A stretch of 64,000 nt of DNA from an uncultured Candidatus Saccharibacteria bacterium (GCA_964425445.1 CAYRLY010000001.1:5537-69536), one strand, 5' to 3'; positions 36,460 to 44,817 are shown, counted from the first letter of the stretch. Numbers and translations are program-made. The notes: generated from the sequence alone by a model not told the origin.

Positions 36460-38511
36460 ATGGAAATAACTCTAAAAACCAAAGTCCAGTATCTCAAAGG
36501 CGTCGGGCCGAAAATGGCCTCGAGGTTAGATCGACTGGGGATTAAAACAATTTACGACCTCATCTTTTATTTTCCTAGGACATATTGTGATTATTCCAAA
36601 ATTACCAAAATAGCCGATCTAACAATTTCTAATTCCGAATTTCTAATTTCTAATGAATATCAAAACCCAAATGTTAAAACAATAAAGGCCAAAATCATCA
36701 ACATCGCTAATCGAAGAACATCTAGACGTAGATTCACGGTTACTGAAGCGGTAGTTGCCGACGAAACTGGCAGTATAAAAGTAGTTTGGTTCAATCAACC
36801 GTATCTGGAAAAAATGTTAAAAGCTGGCAGAGAGATTATTTTAAACGGGAAAGTTAGAAGAAGCAGTTATTCCGGTGAGTTGCAGATGGAGTCGCCAAAT
36901 AGGGCTGATAAACCAAAGATTGTGCCGGTTTATTCGGAAACTGTGGGCATATCGAGCTACTATATACAGAAGTTAGTAAAATCTGTCAGCTGTCAGCTTT
37001 TAGTTGTCAGAGAATACCTTCCGGAAGAAATTATTAAAAAAAATAATTTAGTAGGGATATCGGCTGCGATTTCCGAACTGCATCAGCCGACAAGTACGGA
37101 AAAATTAGGAGAGGCTAGAGATCGGATGGCTTTTGATGAACTTTTTCTTTTTTCTCTTCAGAAACAGCTGTTGAAAAAAGATATTTTAATTCACGGTTCA
37201 CCAAAGATTGAGATAGACGAGGATTTTTTAAAAAAGTTCACCAAATCTTTGCCTTTTGAACTCACCGGAGCGCAGAAAAAAACGGCGTGGGCTATAATAA
37301 AAGACTTAAACTCCGATAAGCCGATGAATCGGCTCTTGAACGGTGACGTTGGTTCAGGCAAAACTGTGGTCGCAGCGATGGCGGCGGCTTTAGTGGTTAA
37401 ATCTGGCCTGCGGGTGGCAGTGATGGCACCGACAGAAATTTTAACACTTCAACATTATGAGACCTTAAAGAAGATATTACCCTCATTCTCGATTTCAGTC
37501 GGTTTAGTTAGCGGAAGCAAAAAGGAGCTTGTGGATGCGGAGATTGTTGTTGGTACTCATGCACTGATTAGCGGAAAAACTATTCAAAAAAATCTTGGTT
37601 TAGTAATTATTGACGAGCAACATCGTTTTGGTGTCCAGCAGAGAGAAAAACTTTTGCAAACGAAAACTAGTCGACGTCCGCATTTTCTTTCAATGACGGC
37701 GACGCCGATCCCGAGGACAATGTCACTAGTATTATTTGCCGATTTAGATGTTTCAGTAATTGATGAAATGCCGAGAAACCGCAAAAAAATTATTACAAAA
37801 GTAATTGCTGGAGATCGTCGCAAATCAGCCTACAATTTTATTCGAAAAGAGATCGATGAGGGCCATCAGGCGTTTGTTATTTGTCCATTGATTGAGGAGC
37901 AAGAGAAAGTGAGCGGAAAGTTAGAGATTTTCGAAGAGGATAGAAAAGCAGTGCTCCATGAATACAAAAAACTGAATGAGGAGATTTTTCCCGGTGCCAA
38001 AATCGCCATGCTTCATGGGAAGATGAAGTCAGGGGAGAAGGAGAGAGTGATGGCAGATTTTCGGGAGAAAAAATTTGACATTTTGGTGTCTACATCGGTG
38101 GTCGAGGTTGGAGTCGATATTCCTGGAGCGACGATTATGATGATTGAAAACGCCGATCGTTTTGGGCTTGCCCAACTTCACCAATTCCGTGGTCGTGTCG
38201 GCCGATCTGATTTACAGTCGTATTGCCTTCTCTTCTCATCATCGATGAGCGAAAATGCTCGCAAGCGGCTGAAGTATATGGAAAATATTCATTCTGGTTT
38301 TGAGCTAGCAGAAAAGGATCTAAAACTGCGAGGCCCAGGGGTTTTGTATGGCTACAAGCAGTCTGGTTTCTGGGATTTCCAGTTCGCCAGTTTGAATGAT
38401 AAAATAATGATAGAGAAAGCGACAGAAGCGGCCAAGACAGTCATTGGCGAAATTGAAAAATATCCACTGATATTAAAGAAGATTAGTGATAGATCAAAAC
38501 ATCTTGAGTAA
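36460..38511 (+). CDS. recG: ATP-dependent DNA helicase RecG
   Basis: N-terminal wedge/OB domain; helicase motifs GDVGSGKTVVA and DEQHRFG; QFRGRVGR. Confidence 0.9.
   Translation: MEITLKTKVQYLKGVGPKMASRLDRLGIKTIYDLIFYFPRTYCDYSKITKIADLTISNSEFLISNEYQNPNVKTIKAKIINIANRRTSRRRFTVTEAVVADETGSIKVVWFNQPYLEKMLKAGREIILNGKVRRSSYSGELQMESPNRADKPKIVPVYSETVGISSYYIQKLVKSVSCQLLVVREYLPEEIIKKNNLVGISAAISELHQPTSTEKLGEARDRMAFDELFLFSLQKQLLKKDILIHGSPKIEIDEDFLKKFTKSLPFELTGAQKKTAWAIIKDLNSDKPMNRLLNGDVGSGKTVVAAMAAALVVKSGLRVAVMAPTEILTLQHYETLKKILPSFSISVGLVSGSKKELVDAEIVVGTHALISGKTIQKNLGLVIIDEQHRFGVQQREKLLQTKTSRRPHFLSMTATPIPRTMSLVLFADLDVSVIDEMPRNRKKIITKVIAGDRRKSAYNFIRKEIDEGHQAFVICPLIEEQEKVSGKLEIFEEDRKAVLHEYKKLNEEIFPGAKIAMLHGKMKSGEKERVMADFREKKFDILVSTSVVEVGVDIPGATIMMIENADRFGLAQLHQFRGRVGRSDLQSYCLLFSSSMSENARKRLKYMENIHSGFELAEKDLKLRGPGVLYGYKQSGFWDFQFASLNDKIMIEKATEAAKTVIGEIEKYPLILKKISDRSKHLE
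36624..36654 (+). repeat. AATTTCT heptamer tandem repeat (reverse complement of the CGAAATT family), in frame in recG
   Basis: aatttctaattccgaatttctaatttctaat, translated ISNSEFLISN. Confidence 0.55.
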
Positions 38512-38533
38512 CTTGAATCATAAATGATTTGAG

Positions 38534-39016
38534 ATGAAAGATTTATTTGAAAAATACAGCAATTGGATCGGACTGGGACTGATAATTTTATCGCTCATTG
38601 GTGGGACATTATTAATAATGAAAAAAGGTACTCTGGCGGGGGAATCGAACAAAAATTCGCTGATGGAAGAAAAAAATCAAAAAATCTCTGAACTTGAAAA
38701 TAAAATTACTGATTTAGAAGGCCAAATTGAACAGTTAAAATCTGCCACACCGTCTGCGGATTCACAACCGGCGACTTCCCCATCTCCGTCGGCATCTCTG
38801 ACGCCTACTCCAAGTCAAGCTGCCGGCAAGATTAATATTAATACTGCAACTGTCGTTCAGCTTGACTCACTGCCAGGTATTGGCCCGGTCTACGCCCAGC
38901 GGATAATTGATTACCGAACTGCTAATGGCCCTTTCACCTCAATAGACCAGGTACAGAATGTAAAAGGTATAGGCCCGAAGACTTTGGAAAAATTTCGTGA
39001 TCTAGTGACGATTTAG
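38534..39016 (+). CDS. comEA: ComEA-family helix-hairpin-helix DNA-binding / competence protein
   Basis: N-terminal TM helix; C-terminal INTATVVQLDSLPGIGPVYAQRIIDYRTANGPFTSIDQVQNVKGIGPKTLEK double HhH. Confidence 0.85.
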   Translation: MKDLFEKYSNWIGLGLIILSLIGGTLLIMKKGTLAGESNKNSLMEEKNQKISELENKITDLEGQIEQLKSATPSADSQPATSPSPSASLTPTPSQAAGKININTATVVQLDSLPGIGPVYAQRIIDYRTANGPFTSIDQVQNVKGIGPKTLEKFRDLVTI

Positions 39017-39057
39017 TCTGGACATTTTGGACAATAACGGGTACAATTTTGCTGTTT

Positions 39058-39144
39058 GGGCGTATGGTGGAATTGGTAGACACGCATGCCTTAGGAGCAT
39101 GTGGAGTAAAATCCATGGGGGTTCGAGTCCCTCTACGCCCACCA
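39058..39144 (+). tRNA. tRNA-Leu (anticodon TAG)
   Basis: 87-nt cloverleaf with acceptor gggcgta/tacgccc, anticodon loop cuUAGga, long variable arm, T-arm ggggg-ttcgagt-ccctc and encoded CCA. Confidence 0.85.
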
Positions 39145-39203
39145 AGCTGAGGAAGTAATTCGTTTAGTTTTTCGGCTTGGTGAGTGCAATATTTCGGGGA
39201 CGA

Positions 39204-39292
39204 GAAAGCCGGAGGCGCGACTGGCGCCGAGGCGGGGTCGAGCGAAATTTCAGCAGAAATTTACGCGTGACCGAGTCCCTCTACGCCCACCA
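39204..39292 (+). other. conserved GC-rich structured element (copy A) ending in a 21-nt direct repeat of the tRNA-Leu(TAG) 3' end. Possibly a miniature integrative element, an att remnant or a tRNA-linked small RNA.
   Basis: gaaagccggag + hairpin + gaggcggggtcga + hairpin with a CAGCAG loop + gtgacc + cgagtccctctacgcccacca. The last block is identical to 39124-39144. Confidence 0.6.
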
Positions 39293-39348
39293 ATTTGAGA
39301 AAAAAACTGGATTTATTCCAGTTTTTGTTATTTTGTTATAATAAATGC

Positions 39349-39537
39349 ATGGACGATAGTGTTTTGTCTGACAACGATCTCGATGAGATCGATGACGAAT
39401 ATTACGAAAAGCTGGAAGAAGAGCTACTGGAAGAAGCCGATAAATCAGACCACAAAGAGATGCCGGTTTCCGGCAGAAGTGTTTTTGAGATTGAACGCCT
39501 GAAAAGAAAGAAACAAGAGGACAGAGACAAGGATTAG
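39349..39537 (+). CDS. small highly acidic protein (62 aa), hypothetical
   Basis: ATG just after TTGTTATAAT; preceded by the terminator hairpin 39303-39330. The ORF track's upstream extension at 39295 overlaps the terminator and is rejected. Confidence 0.3.
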   Translation: MDDSVLSDNDLDEIDDEYYEKLEEELLEEADKSDHKEMPVSGRSVFEIERLKRKKQEDRDKD

Positions 39538-39635
39538 TAACCCATAATTATAATATATCTCGTACCTTTTTCTTCTAAATTTGTGAGCCGTGTGTTTCTG
39601 GCTCTTTTTATTTTGTCCCTTAGATGTTATAATTT

Positions 39636-40535
39636 TTGCCAATGAAAAAAGAGCGGAAAATCATTTGTATTGTTGGCCCGACGGCCAGCGGAAAAACTGG
39701 CTGGGGGGTTTCTGTTGCCAGGAAGTTCAATGGTGAGATTATTTCAGCTGATTCTAGGCAGGTTTACCGTGGTTTAGATATTGGCACAGGTAAAGATCTC
39801 GAGGACTATCGTGATGTCAAATATCATTTAATTGACATTTGTGAACCGGGTGTATATTTTACGATGTTTGATTGGCTTGAGCGCGCCAGAGAAATTATTG
39901 AAGATATTTTTACTCGTGGCAAAACACCTATTATTGTTGGAGGGACAGGGTTATATGTTCAAGCATTGATCGAAGGATTTGAGCTAAAAGTCGAAAGTCA
40001 AAAGTCGAAAGTCAAAAGATATCGGAGGGAGGAACTGGAATCTAAGTCGCTAGAAGAATTGCAAAAAATCATTTTTAAATTGAAAATTTTAAATTCTAAA
40101 TTGGATATGAATAATCCTCATCGAATAATCCGGGCAATTGAGAAAGTCCAGTCCGGTGAAATTGCTAATAAAAAGAAACCGGATTTTCAAGCATTGCAAA
40201 TTGCTATCGATCTACCACGCGATGTTTTATATGATCGAATAGATCAAAGAGTTGAAGAGCGTTTTGAACAGGGAATGCTGGAAGAGGTAAAAAGCTTGAT
40301 TGCCTCTGGAGTTGATAAAAAATGGTTGCTTGGATTGGGGCTTGAATATCGAATTATTGGTAGATTTGTGCTAGGTGAAAATAACCAAATCTTTGATGAG
40401 ATGAAACAGGAACTTAAATACAAAATTCATGCTTTTGCCCGACGCCAGCTAACTTGGTTTCGGCGTTTTCCGGAGATTGTTTGGTGTAACGATTTAAAAT
40501 CGGCTGAAGAAGAAATTAAAAAATTTCTGATATAA
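39636..40535 (+). CDS. miaA: tRNA dimethylallyltransferase
   Basis: IICIVGPTASGKTG P-loop and SADSRQVYRGLDIGTGK. Confidence 0.9.
   Translation: MPMKKERKIICIVGPTASGKTGWGVSVARKFNGEIISADSRQVYRGLDIGTGKDLEDYRDVKYHLIDICEPGVYFTMFDWLERAREIIEDIFTRGKTPIIVGGTGLYVQALIEGFELKVESQKSKVKRYRREELESKSLEELQKIIFKLKILNSKLDMNNPHRIIRAIEKVQSGEIANKKKPDFQALQIAIDLPRDVLYDRIDQRVEERFEQGMLEEVKSLIASGVDKKWLLGLGLEYRIIGRFVLGENNQIFDEMKQELKYKIHAFARRQLTWFRRFPEIVWCNDLKSAEEEIKKFLI
39987..40018 (+). repeat. GTCGAAA/GTCAAAA heptamer tandem repeat (4 units), in frame in miaA
   Basis: aaagtcgaaagtcaaaagtcgaaagtcaaaag, translated KVESQKSKVK. Confidence 0.6.
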
Positions 40536-40542
40536 TTGATTT

Positions 40543-41832
40543 GTGATATTTGCCAAAATAAATAATTGGCTGCTCTCAAGGGGCGTGAGTTTTAGCAAAA
40601 AAGGCCTAGCCATTAGAGGCTTGGTTTTTTCGTGGATTGTCATCGCCGGAATGTTTACCATCTGTGGTGCCAGTTTTTGGGTGGCAAACGAATACAAATC
40701 GCTGGATGATCAACCAGATGATCAAGAAGTGGCGCTTGATAGCTCGGAAGAGTCGCAAGATGAGGAACAAGTGTCAACTGAAGGCACTGGCCAAACTGCT
40801 ACAACTAAGAAAAAATCTACTACCAGTAGTGGCTCCGGTAGTACTCCGCCAGCAGCGCCGGTTCCGGGTCCTGGCGAGCCGGAAACTCCGACGGCGGTTA
40901 GCAAACAGGTAGCAGTTTATCTGCCCTATTGGGATATGGAAAACGCTTTTTCTTCACTCCAAGCCAATGCTGACAAGATTAGCGTTGCTCATCCAGTTTG
41001 GTATTATCCAAATAGTGCTGGTGGAATCGAGCAATTCACTGGCGCTGGCAACGGAGCAATAATCAACTTTAGCCGAAGTAATAATATTAAAATCATTCCT
41101 AGCTTAAATAATGAGTGTAATCCGACAGCGATCGAACAGGTGCTCTCCGATTCTGGTAAAACTGCGACCCATATTCAAAATATTATCTCCTTGGTTGGCA
41201 CTTATGGCTACGATGGGGTTGATATCGACTACGAATGCTTTACTAATGTTGGGTTGAAAGACAGCTATTCAAATTTTATCGGCAATTTAGCCAATGAGCT
41301 TCATTCTCGAGGCAAATATTTAACAACCGCAGTTCATGCCAAAACCTCAGATGCTGGTGGTTGGTCTGGCACAGCGGCCCAAGACTGGAGTGCAATCGGT
41401 AATTATGTTGATCAAATGCTAATTATGACATATGACTATCACTGGAATACATCTGCTGCTGGTGATATCGCACCACTTTCTTGGATGCAGTCAGTTCTTT
41501 CCTACGGCAAGACAAAGGTCAACGCAAGTAAGATTCTTTTGGGTATTCATTTCTACGGCTATGATTGGGTAGGGACCTCGGGCACTGATAAAACCTATAA
41601 TGAAATTCAAGCAATCATTGCTGCCCACTCTCCCAACGTTTCGATTTCTGGCGAAACAGAAAAATATTTTACATATAATGATGGCTCCCCCCACACTGTA
41701 TATTTTGCTGATCGCGATGTCGTTGCTCCCAGAGTAAATTTGGTTAACAGTTATTCTGTAGCGGGGATTGGGATTTGGCGAATTGGTCAGGAAGATAGTG
41801 AAAACTGGCAGAAGATTGATCAAGCATTTTAA
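40543..41832 (+). CDS. membrane-anchored secreted glycoside hydrolase family 18 (chitinase-like) protein
   Basis: N-terminal TM; low-complexity Ser/Thr/Pro linker; GH18 catalytic motif YGYDGVDIDYE (DxxDxDxE). Confidence 0.7.
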   Translation: MIFAKINNWLLSRGVSFSKKGLAIRGLVFSWIVIAGMFTICGASFWVANEYKSLDDQPDDQEVALDSSEESQDEEQVSTEGTGQTATTKKKSTTSSGSGSTPPAAPVPGPGEPETPTAVSKQVAVYLPYWDMENAFSSLQANADKISVAHPVWYYPNSAGGIEQFTGAGNGAIINFSRSNNIKIIPSLNNECNPTAIEQVLSDSGKTATHIQNIISLVGTYGYDGVDIDYECFTNVGLKDSYSNFIGNLANELHSRGKYLTTAVHAKTSDAGGWSGTAAQDWSAIGNYVDQMLIMTYDYHWNTSAAGDIAPLSWMQSVLSYGKTKVNASKILLGIHFYGYDWVGTSGTDKTYNEIQAIIAAHSPNVSISGETEKYFTYNDGSPHTVYFADRDVVAPRVNLVNSYSVAGIGIWRIGQEDSENWQKIDQAF

Positions 41833-41852
41833 ATATTTTCTGGAATGTTGGA

Positions 41853-43388
41853 ATGAAAATTGCCAAGGTAAAAAGTTGCGCAGTTTTTGGGCTGGATGCT
41901 TATCCAGTTGAAGTTGAAGTCGATATTGGACGGGGGCTCCCGTCTTTTTCAATAGTCGGGTTGCCCGACAAAGCAATTGACGAATCAAAGGATCGTGTTC
42001 GTAGTGCGATAAAAAACTCTGGCTTGTTTTTCCCCGACAAGCGCTTGACGGTCAACTTGGCCCCCGCGGATATTAAAAAAGAGGGCCCGACTTACGATCT
42101 GCCGATCGCTGTCTCGATTCTTTTGGCCGGTGAGCAAATTTCTGATGAGTCAATTAGCAGCGATGATATATTTATCGGCGAACTTTCTTTATCGGGCGAA
42201 TTGCGCGCGGTCTCTGGGATATTACCGATGATAATGGCAGCAAAGGAATGGAAAGTAAGGAGAGTTTTTATCCCAGTTGATAATTCAAAAGAAGCCGAGT
42301 TGATAAGTGGGCTGGACATCTATTCGGTTCGATCGCTTGAAGAGCTTGTTAATTTCTTGCGTGGCGAGATTGAAATCAAGCCGATCGAAAAAACCGGTAT
42401 TGTCGAATCAGAAGAAATAATTTCTGAATATGACTTCGCTTTTGTTGCTGGGCAGGAAAATGCCAAACGGGCGCTAGAAATTGCTGCTGCCGGTTCCCAT
42501 AATGTGCTTTTGTCTGGCCCGCCGGGTTCTGGCAAAACTCTTTTGGCCAGAAGTCTGCCGACAATCTTGCCACCGATGGAGGAAGACGAGATTCTGGAGA
42601 GCTCAAAAATTTACAGTGTTGCTGGGCTACTTCACCGCGGAGATCTGGGGATAGTGAGCAAAAGGCCGTTTCGGTCGCCACATCACACAACTTCTTCAGT
42701 TGCGATGGTTGGTGGAGGCACTTGGCCAAGACCGGGTGAGATCTCCCTGTCGCATCGCGGAGTTCTTTTTTTGGATGAATTCCCAGAATTTCCCCGAAGC
42801 GTTCTTGAAGCTTTGCGCCAACCGTTAGAAGATGGCTTGGTCACTGTTTCTCGCGCTCAAGGTTCAATAAGTTTTCCGGCGCAGTTTATATTACTCGCGG
42901 CTCAAAATCCTTGTCCGTGTGGTTATCTTGGCTCCGATTATCGTGAGTGTATCTGCAGCCCAACACAAATTATTAAATATCAAAAAAAAGTTTCCGGCCC
43001 TCTCCTGGATCGAATTGATATGTATGTTGAGGTTCCAAGGGTAAAGATTGAAAAATTATCGGCAACCGTCAAAGCGGAACCAAGCAAAACTGTGAGATCT
43101 AGAGTGATGATAGCAAAAAAAATACAACAAGAAAGATTTAAAGGGACTAAAATCAAGTCGAATTCTGAAATGAGAAATAATGATATCAAAAAATACTGTC
43201 AGGTTGATGAGCGAACAAAGAAACTTCTAAATTCAGCGGTTGAAAGACTCGGGCTCTCTGCTAGAGGTTATCACCGGATTTTAAAGCTGGCGCGCTCAAT
43301 ATCTGACTTAGCAAACGAAAAAAATATTTCTTCCACACATATTGCAGAGGCCTTGCAATATCGGCCAAAAGAGAAGAAAGAATATTAA
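41853..43388 (+). CDS. comM: YifB/ComM-family Mg-chelatase-like AAA+ ATPase
   Basis: N-terminal Lon-like domain; GPPGSGKTLLARSLPTILPPM Walker A; GVLFLDEFPEF Walker B. Confidence 0.88.
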   Translation: MKIAKVKSCAVFGLDAYPVEVEVDIGRGLPSFSIVGLPDKAIDESKDRVRSAIKNSGLFFPDKRLTVNLAPADIKKEGPTYDLPIAVSILLAGEQISDESISSDDIFIGELSLSGELRAVSGILPMIMAAKEWKVRRVFIPVDNSKEAELISGLDIYSVRSLEELVNFLRGEIEIKPIEKTGIVESEEIISEYDFAFVAGQENAKRALEIAAAGSHNVLLSGPPGSGKTLLARSLPTILPPMEEDEILESSKIYSVAGLLHRGDLGIVSKRPFRSPHHTTSSVAMVGGGTWPRPGEISLSHRGVLFLDEFPEFPRSVLEALRQPLEDGLVTVSRAQGSISFPAQFILLAAQNPCPCGYLGSDYRECICSPTQIIKYQKKVSGPLLDRIDMYVEVPRVKIEKLSATVKAEPSKTVRSRVMIAKKIQQERFKGTKIKSNSEMRNNDIKKYCQVDERTKKLLNSAVERLGLSARGYHRILKLARSISDLANEKNISSTHIAEALQYRPKEKKEY

Positions 43389-43389
43389 A

Positions 43390-43707
43390 CTAGCTGGTAC
43401 GAATATTTAGAACTTTGATCAGCCAATCACCAAGTTTGTCGATTAGATCAGTCTGATTTTGGAGTATTTTCACACCAGCGAGAATGAGAACTAGAACAAA
43501 AACTGTGATTAAAATCATTTTAATATCTCTAGAGATCAATTTCTTAGTTGACGCATCAATAGTACTTGCGCTTATCGTCTCGTTTGTTTTTCCCTCATCT
43601 TTAGTATCTATCTCTTGAAAATCTAAATTTTTCTCAGGTGCAGAATACTGCTGGACTTTCTTTTGAATCTTTTCTTTTCTTTTCTTATTGCGATTTCTTT
43701 TGCTCAT
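43390..43707 (-). CDS. small Lys-rich membrane protein, hypothetical
   Basis: ORF track; basic N-terminus and a single TM helix. Confidence 0.35.
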   Translation of the reverse strand: MSKRNRNKKRKEKIQKKVQQYSAPEKNLDFQEIDTKDEGKTNETISASTIDASTKKLISRDIKMILITVFVLVLILAGVKILQNQTDLIDKLGDWLIKVLNIRTS

Positions 43708-43727
43708 AATTATTATATAAATTTATA

Positions 43728-43802
43728 TGGAGCGGGAAACGGGACTTGAACCCGCGACCTCATCCTTGGCAAGGACGCGCTCTACCACTGAGCTACTCCC
43801 GC
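43728..43802 (-). tRNA. tRNA-Gly (anticodon GCC)
   Basis: The reverse complement gcgggagtagctcagtggtagagcgcgtccttGCCaaggatgaggtcgcgggttcaagtcccgtttcccgctcca folds as a cloverleaf. Confidence 0.85.
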
Positions 43803-43894
43803 GTAATTACACTAAAAAATTTATCATTTTTTTACCTTGTTGTAAAGAATTGATTCTTGTTGATTGACTAAATTTTAATTTTAAAACCCGCGGT

Positions 43895-44485
43895 CTAGTA
43901 GACGCGGGTCGGTGCTTCGGGTATCTCTCCAAGTGCCCGGAGCCGGCGCTGGTTGATCACCTCAAGAGTGATCCTTTTCCAAAGCGGAATCGGCTCAATT
44001 GATGGCACCCAAATGGAAGGGATTCCGAGTCGATTGGCTCCGAGGATGTCGGTGCCGAATTGGTCACCAACCATCAGCGTGTTATCTAGGGTAGCGCCAT
44101 CCATCTCTGACATCGCTATCTCCAGCGCTCGTGGGTTCGGTTTCGTTGGATGTGGCCAGTAGTGGGCGACATACTGACACTCAAGGGCTTCGGCTAGCTT
44201 CTCGATCCGTCTGGCCATGAACCACAATTGAGCGTTTGAGGTCAGGCAGATCTCCCAGCCGTTGTCTTGGGCAGCTCGCAGGTTTTGTGCGATCTCTTCC
44301 GGCACAACCATCTTGCAGATCTGTGTGATTGTGCCATCGACATCGAGCAGCAGCTTAGAAAGTCCTTGTTCTCGCAGCGCTTCGAAGTCAATCGAGGCGA
44401 CGCTGCGAGCCTGGTAAGTCGGGCGGAACCTTTCGATGCTTTGAGCCAACAGAATCACCCCTTCTGGGTTTTTGTTGTGCTGCAA
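43895..44485 (-). CDS. GC-rich HAD-superfamily hydrolase (YqeG-like phosphatase)
   Basis: LLDVDGTI motif I and MVGDQFGTDI motif IV; GC-rich, unlike the neighbours. Confidence 0.6.
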   Translation of the reverse strand: MQHNKNPEGVILLAQSIERFRPTYQARSVASIDFEALREQGLSKLLLDVDGTITQICKMVVPEEIAQNLRAAQDNGWEICLTSNAQLWFMARRIEKLAEALECQYVAHYWPHPTKPNPRALEIAMSEMDGATLDNTLMVGDQFGTDILGANRLGIPSIWVPSIEPIPLWKRITLEVINQRRLRALGEIPEAPTRVY

Positions 44486-44589
44486 GGAATAATATTAACA
44501 GATTTAGGTCATTTTGTAAACGCTTTTCAGCTACTAACATTTACAAATTCTTCACATTAGGGTAGTATTTTCATATGACTGTGGCTTCC

Positions 44590-44663
44590 GGCCTCGTGGC
44601 GGAGTGGTTACGCAGCGGTCTGCAAAACCGCGTACGCCGGTTCAATTCCGGCCGAGGCCTCCA
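44590..44663 (+). tRNA. tRNA-Cys (anticodon GCA)
   Basis: ggcctcgtggcggagtggttacgcagcggtctGCAaaaccgcgtacgccggttcaattccggccgaggcctcca cloverleaf. Confidence 0.85.
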
Positions 44664-44719
44664 CTCATCAATTAGATTAATTTGGTGTAAACTCTCGTTT
44701 ACTCTGAGTGCAGTAAAAA

Positions 44720-44794
44720 GCCGATGTAGCTCAGTGGTAGAGCAGTGGACTGAAAATCCTCGTGTCGCCAGTTCGATTCTGGCCATCGGCACCA
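44720..44794 (+). tRNA. tRNA-Phe (anticodon GAA)
   Basis: gccgatgtagctcagtggtagagcagtggactGAAaatcctcgtgtcgccagttcgattctggccatcggcacca cloverleaf. Confidence 0.8.
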
Positions 44795-44817
44795 TTACCA
44801 TTTTTTAAAAATTAAAA

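Noticed and set aside
39295-39348. N-terminal extension (MRKKLDLFQFLLFCYNKC) of the small acidic protein
   Set aside because: The extension overlaps the terminator hairpin at 39303-39330 and precedes the TTGTTATAAT -10 element, so the start was moved to ATG 39349.
16748-40018. Possibility that the periodic short repeats are a CRISPR array or CRISPR remnants
   Set aside because: The units are 7 nt, tandem and spacerless, sit inside conserved coding sequences in frame, and are dispersed over 23 kb. There is no repeat-spacer architecture and no cas genes.
44571-44808. Two approximately 76-aa ORFs (both strands) at 44571-44808
   Set aside because: They fully overlap the tRNA-Cys and tRNA-Phe genes and are spurious.
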